Shown here in pieces: positions 63,515 to 64,000 of a stretch of DNA of 64,000 nucleotides. Made by a program: the position numbers and the translations under genes. The stretch spans positions 62,096-126,095 of the forward strand of contig JAPLME010000010.1 of the NCBI GenBank assembly GCA_026387175.1, written 5' to 3'. The notes under the pieces were generated by a model. The model was not told the origin of the DNA and did not search any database. It saw nothing but the letters and a program-made list of their open reading frames with translations. This DNA comes from Candidatus Omnitrophota bacterium (GTDB lineage: Bacteria > Omnitrophota > Gorgyraeia > 2-01-FULL-45-10). Each line of letters begins with the position of its first letter. Within the stretch, counting starts at the first letter, position 1.

Positions 63515-64000
63515 ATGAGAAAGATATTTATTTTACTGAATCCGGTTTTATTTATTGCGGTATCTCCGCTTATAAGCGGCCTGATCGCCAGGATAAAGAA
63601 TAATATCAGGATGCGCCAGGGGCAAAGCATTTTTCAGCCGTATTTCAATCTTTCGAAATTATTTTCCAAGGGAGAGGTGGTCTCGGAAACCGCGTCCTGG
63701 ATATTCAGGACCGCTCCTTTCGTAGTCTTAGCCTCTTCACTTGCGGCGGCTTTATTGATACCCGTATTTATCATGCCTAATCCCATGTGCCGCATGGGGG
63801 ACTTTCTGGCGCTTATATTCATCTTCGCCCTGGGGCGTTTCTTCCTGGCACTTGCGGCGCTGGATGCCGGAAGCTCTTTCGGCGGCATGGGCTCATCCAG
63901 GGAGATGTTCATCTCGAGCCTGGTCGAGCCCGTGGCCTGCCTGGTGGTCCTGTCTATATCGCTGCAGTTCGGCTCGACAAATATTTCGGCGTTCAGCGGC
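63515..64000 (+). CDS. hyfC: HyfC/HycD/NuoH-like hydrogenase membrane subunit (5' portion; runs off the window)
   Basis: N-terminus MRKIFILLNPVLFIAVSPLISGLIARIKNNIRMRQGQSIFQPYFNLSKLFSKGEVVSETASWIFRTAPFVV aligns with the HycD/NuoH pattern (L.SG..R...AR...RRGP...Q.Y.D..KL..K). It starts 2 nt after the hyfB stop. The displayed sequence near 63481-63541 appears shifted by one base relative to the ORF track, so coordinates here may be off by one. Confidence 0.7.
   Translation, partial: MRKIFILLNPVLFIAVSPLISGLIARIKNNIRMRQGQSIFQPYFNLSKLFSKGEVVSETASWIFRTAPFVVLASSLAAALLIPVFIMPNPMCRMGDFLALIFIFALGRFFLALAALDAGSSFGGMGSSREMFISSLVEPVACLVVLSISLQFGSTNISAFSG

Noticed and set aside
63480-63545. Apparent +1 frameshift at the hyfB/hyfC junction when reading the printed sequence
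   Set aside because: The six-frame ORF track (end 63513, tail LLLLFFMRKF) is only consistent with the sequence if one T is placed at the start rather than the end of the 63481 line. This is most likely my transcription or line-reading error, not a real frameshift. The HyfC-like N-terminus is continuous from the ATG at about 63515.

Overview
One gene dominates the window. It is a single uninterrupted plus-strand ORF of 18,743 codons (nt 13-56244) whose frame is still open at nt 1, so the gene almost certainly continues upstream and is longer than 56 kb. It occupies about 88% of the window.

Read tile by tile, the protein is a mosaic.
- N-terminal third: about 2,000 aa of YD/RHS-like beta-hairpin repeats, including a recently triplicated, near-identical ~134-aa module.
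- Two LamG/ConA-like lectin domains and one F5/8-type-C (discoidin) domain.
- More than 15 dockerin/EF-hand-like Ca-binding loops.
- Ig-like beta-sandwich modules, at least five tandem copies of an unrecognised ~170-aa domain, and two arrays of ~47-58-aa helical repeats.
- Recurring YNxLGQ...YD hairpin pairs that punctuate the modules.
- C-terminal third: four separate hydrophobic glycine-zipper clusters at about nt 34.8-35.5 kb, 45.0-46.7 kb, 51.3-51.6 kb and 54.7-54.8 kb. These are interleaved with HEAT-like and other helical repeats and unassigned globular regions.
- C-terminal domain carrying an HSHP motif.

No transposase, integrase, CRISPR array or rRNA/tRNA gene is evident.

Downstream small genes:
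- lgt, with a textbook sigma70 promoter and an apparently leaderless start.
- An Ala/Pro-rich secreted protein, translationally coupled to lgt.
- A convergent cspA-family cold-shock gene, with hairpin terminators on both strands.
- An operon of two paralogous lipoprotein patatin-like phospholipases flanking an 88-aa two-helix membrane protein.
- A small hypothetical ORF.
- An ArsR-family regulator abutting HyfB-like and HyfC/HycD-like hydrogenase membrane subunits (the latter runs off the window).

The giant gene resembles the giant ORFs reported from uncultivated lineages such as Omnitrophota, but lineage cannot be established from sequence alone. The candidate novel system is the giant membrane-interacting protein together with the lgt and lipoprotein-phospholipase neighbourhood, possibly a host- or prey-surface attack or adhesion module. 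All domain calls are from reading motifs by eye, without searches.
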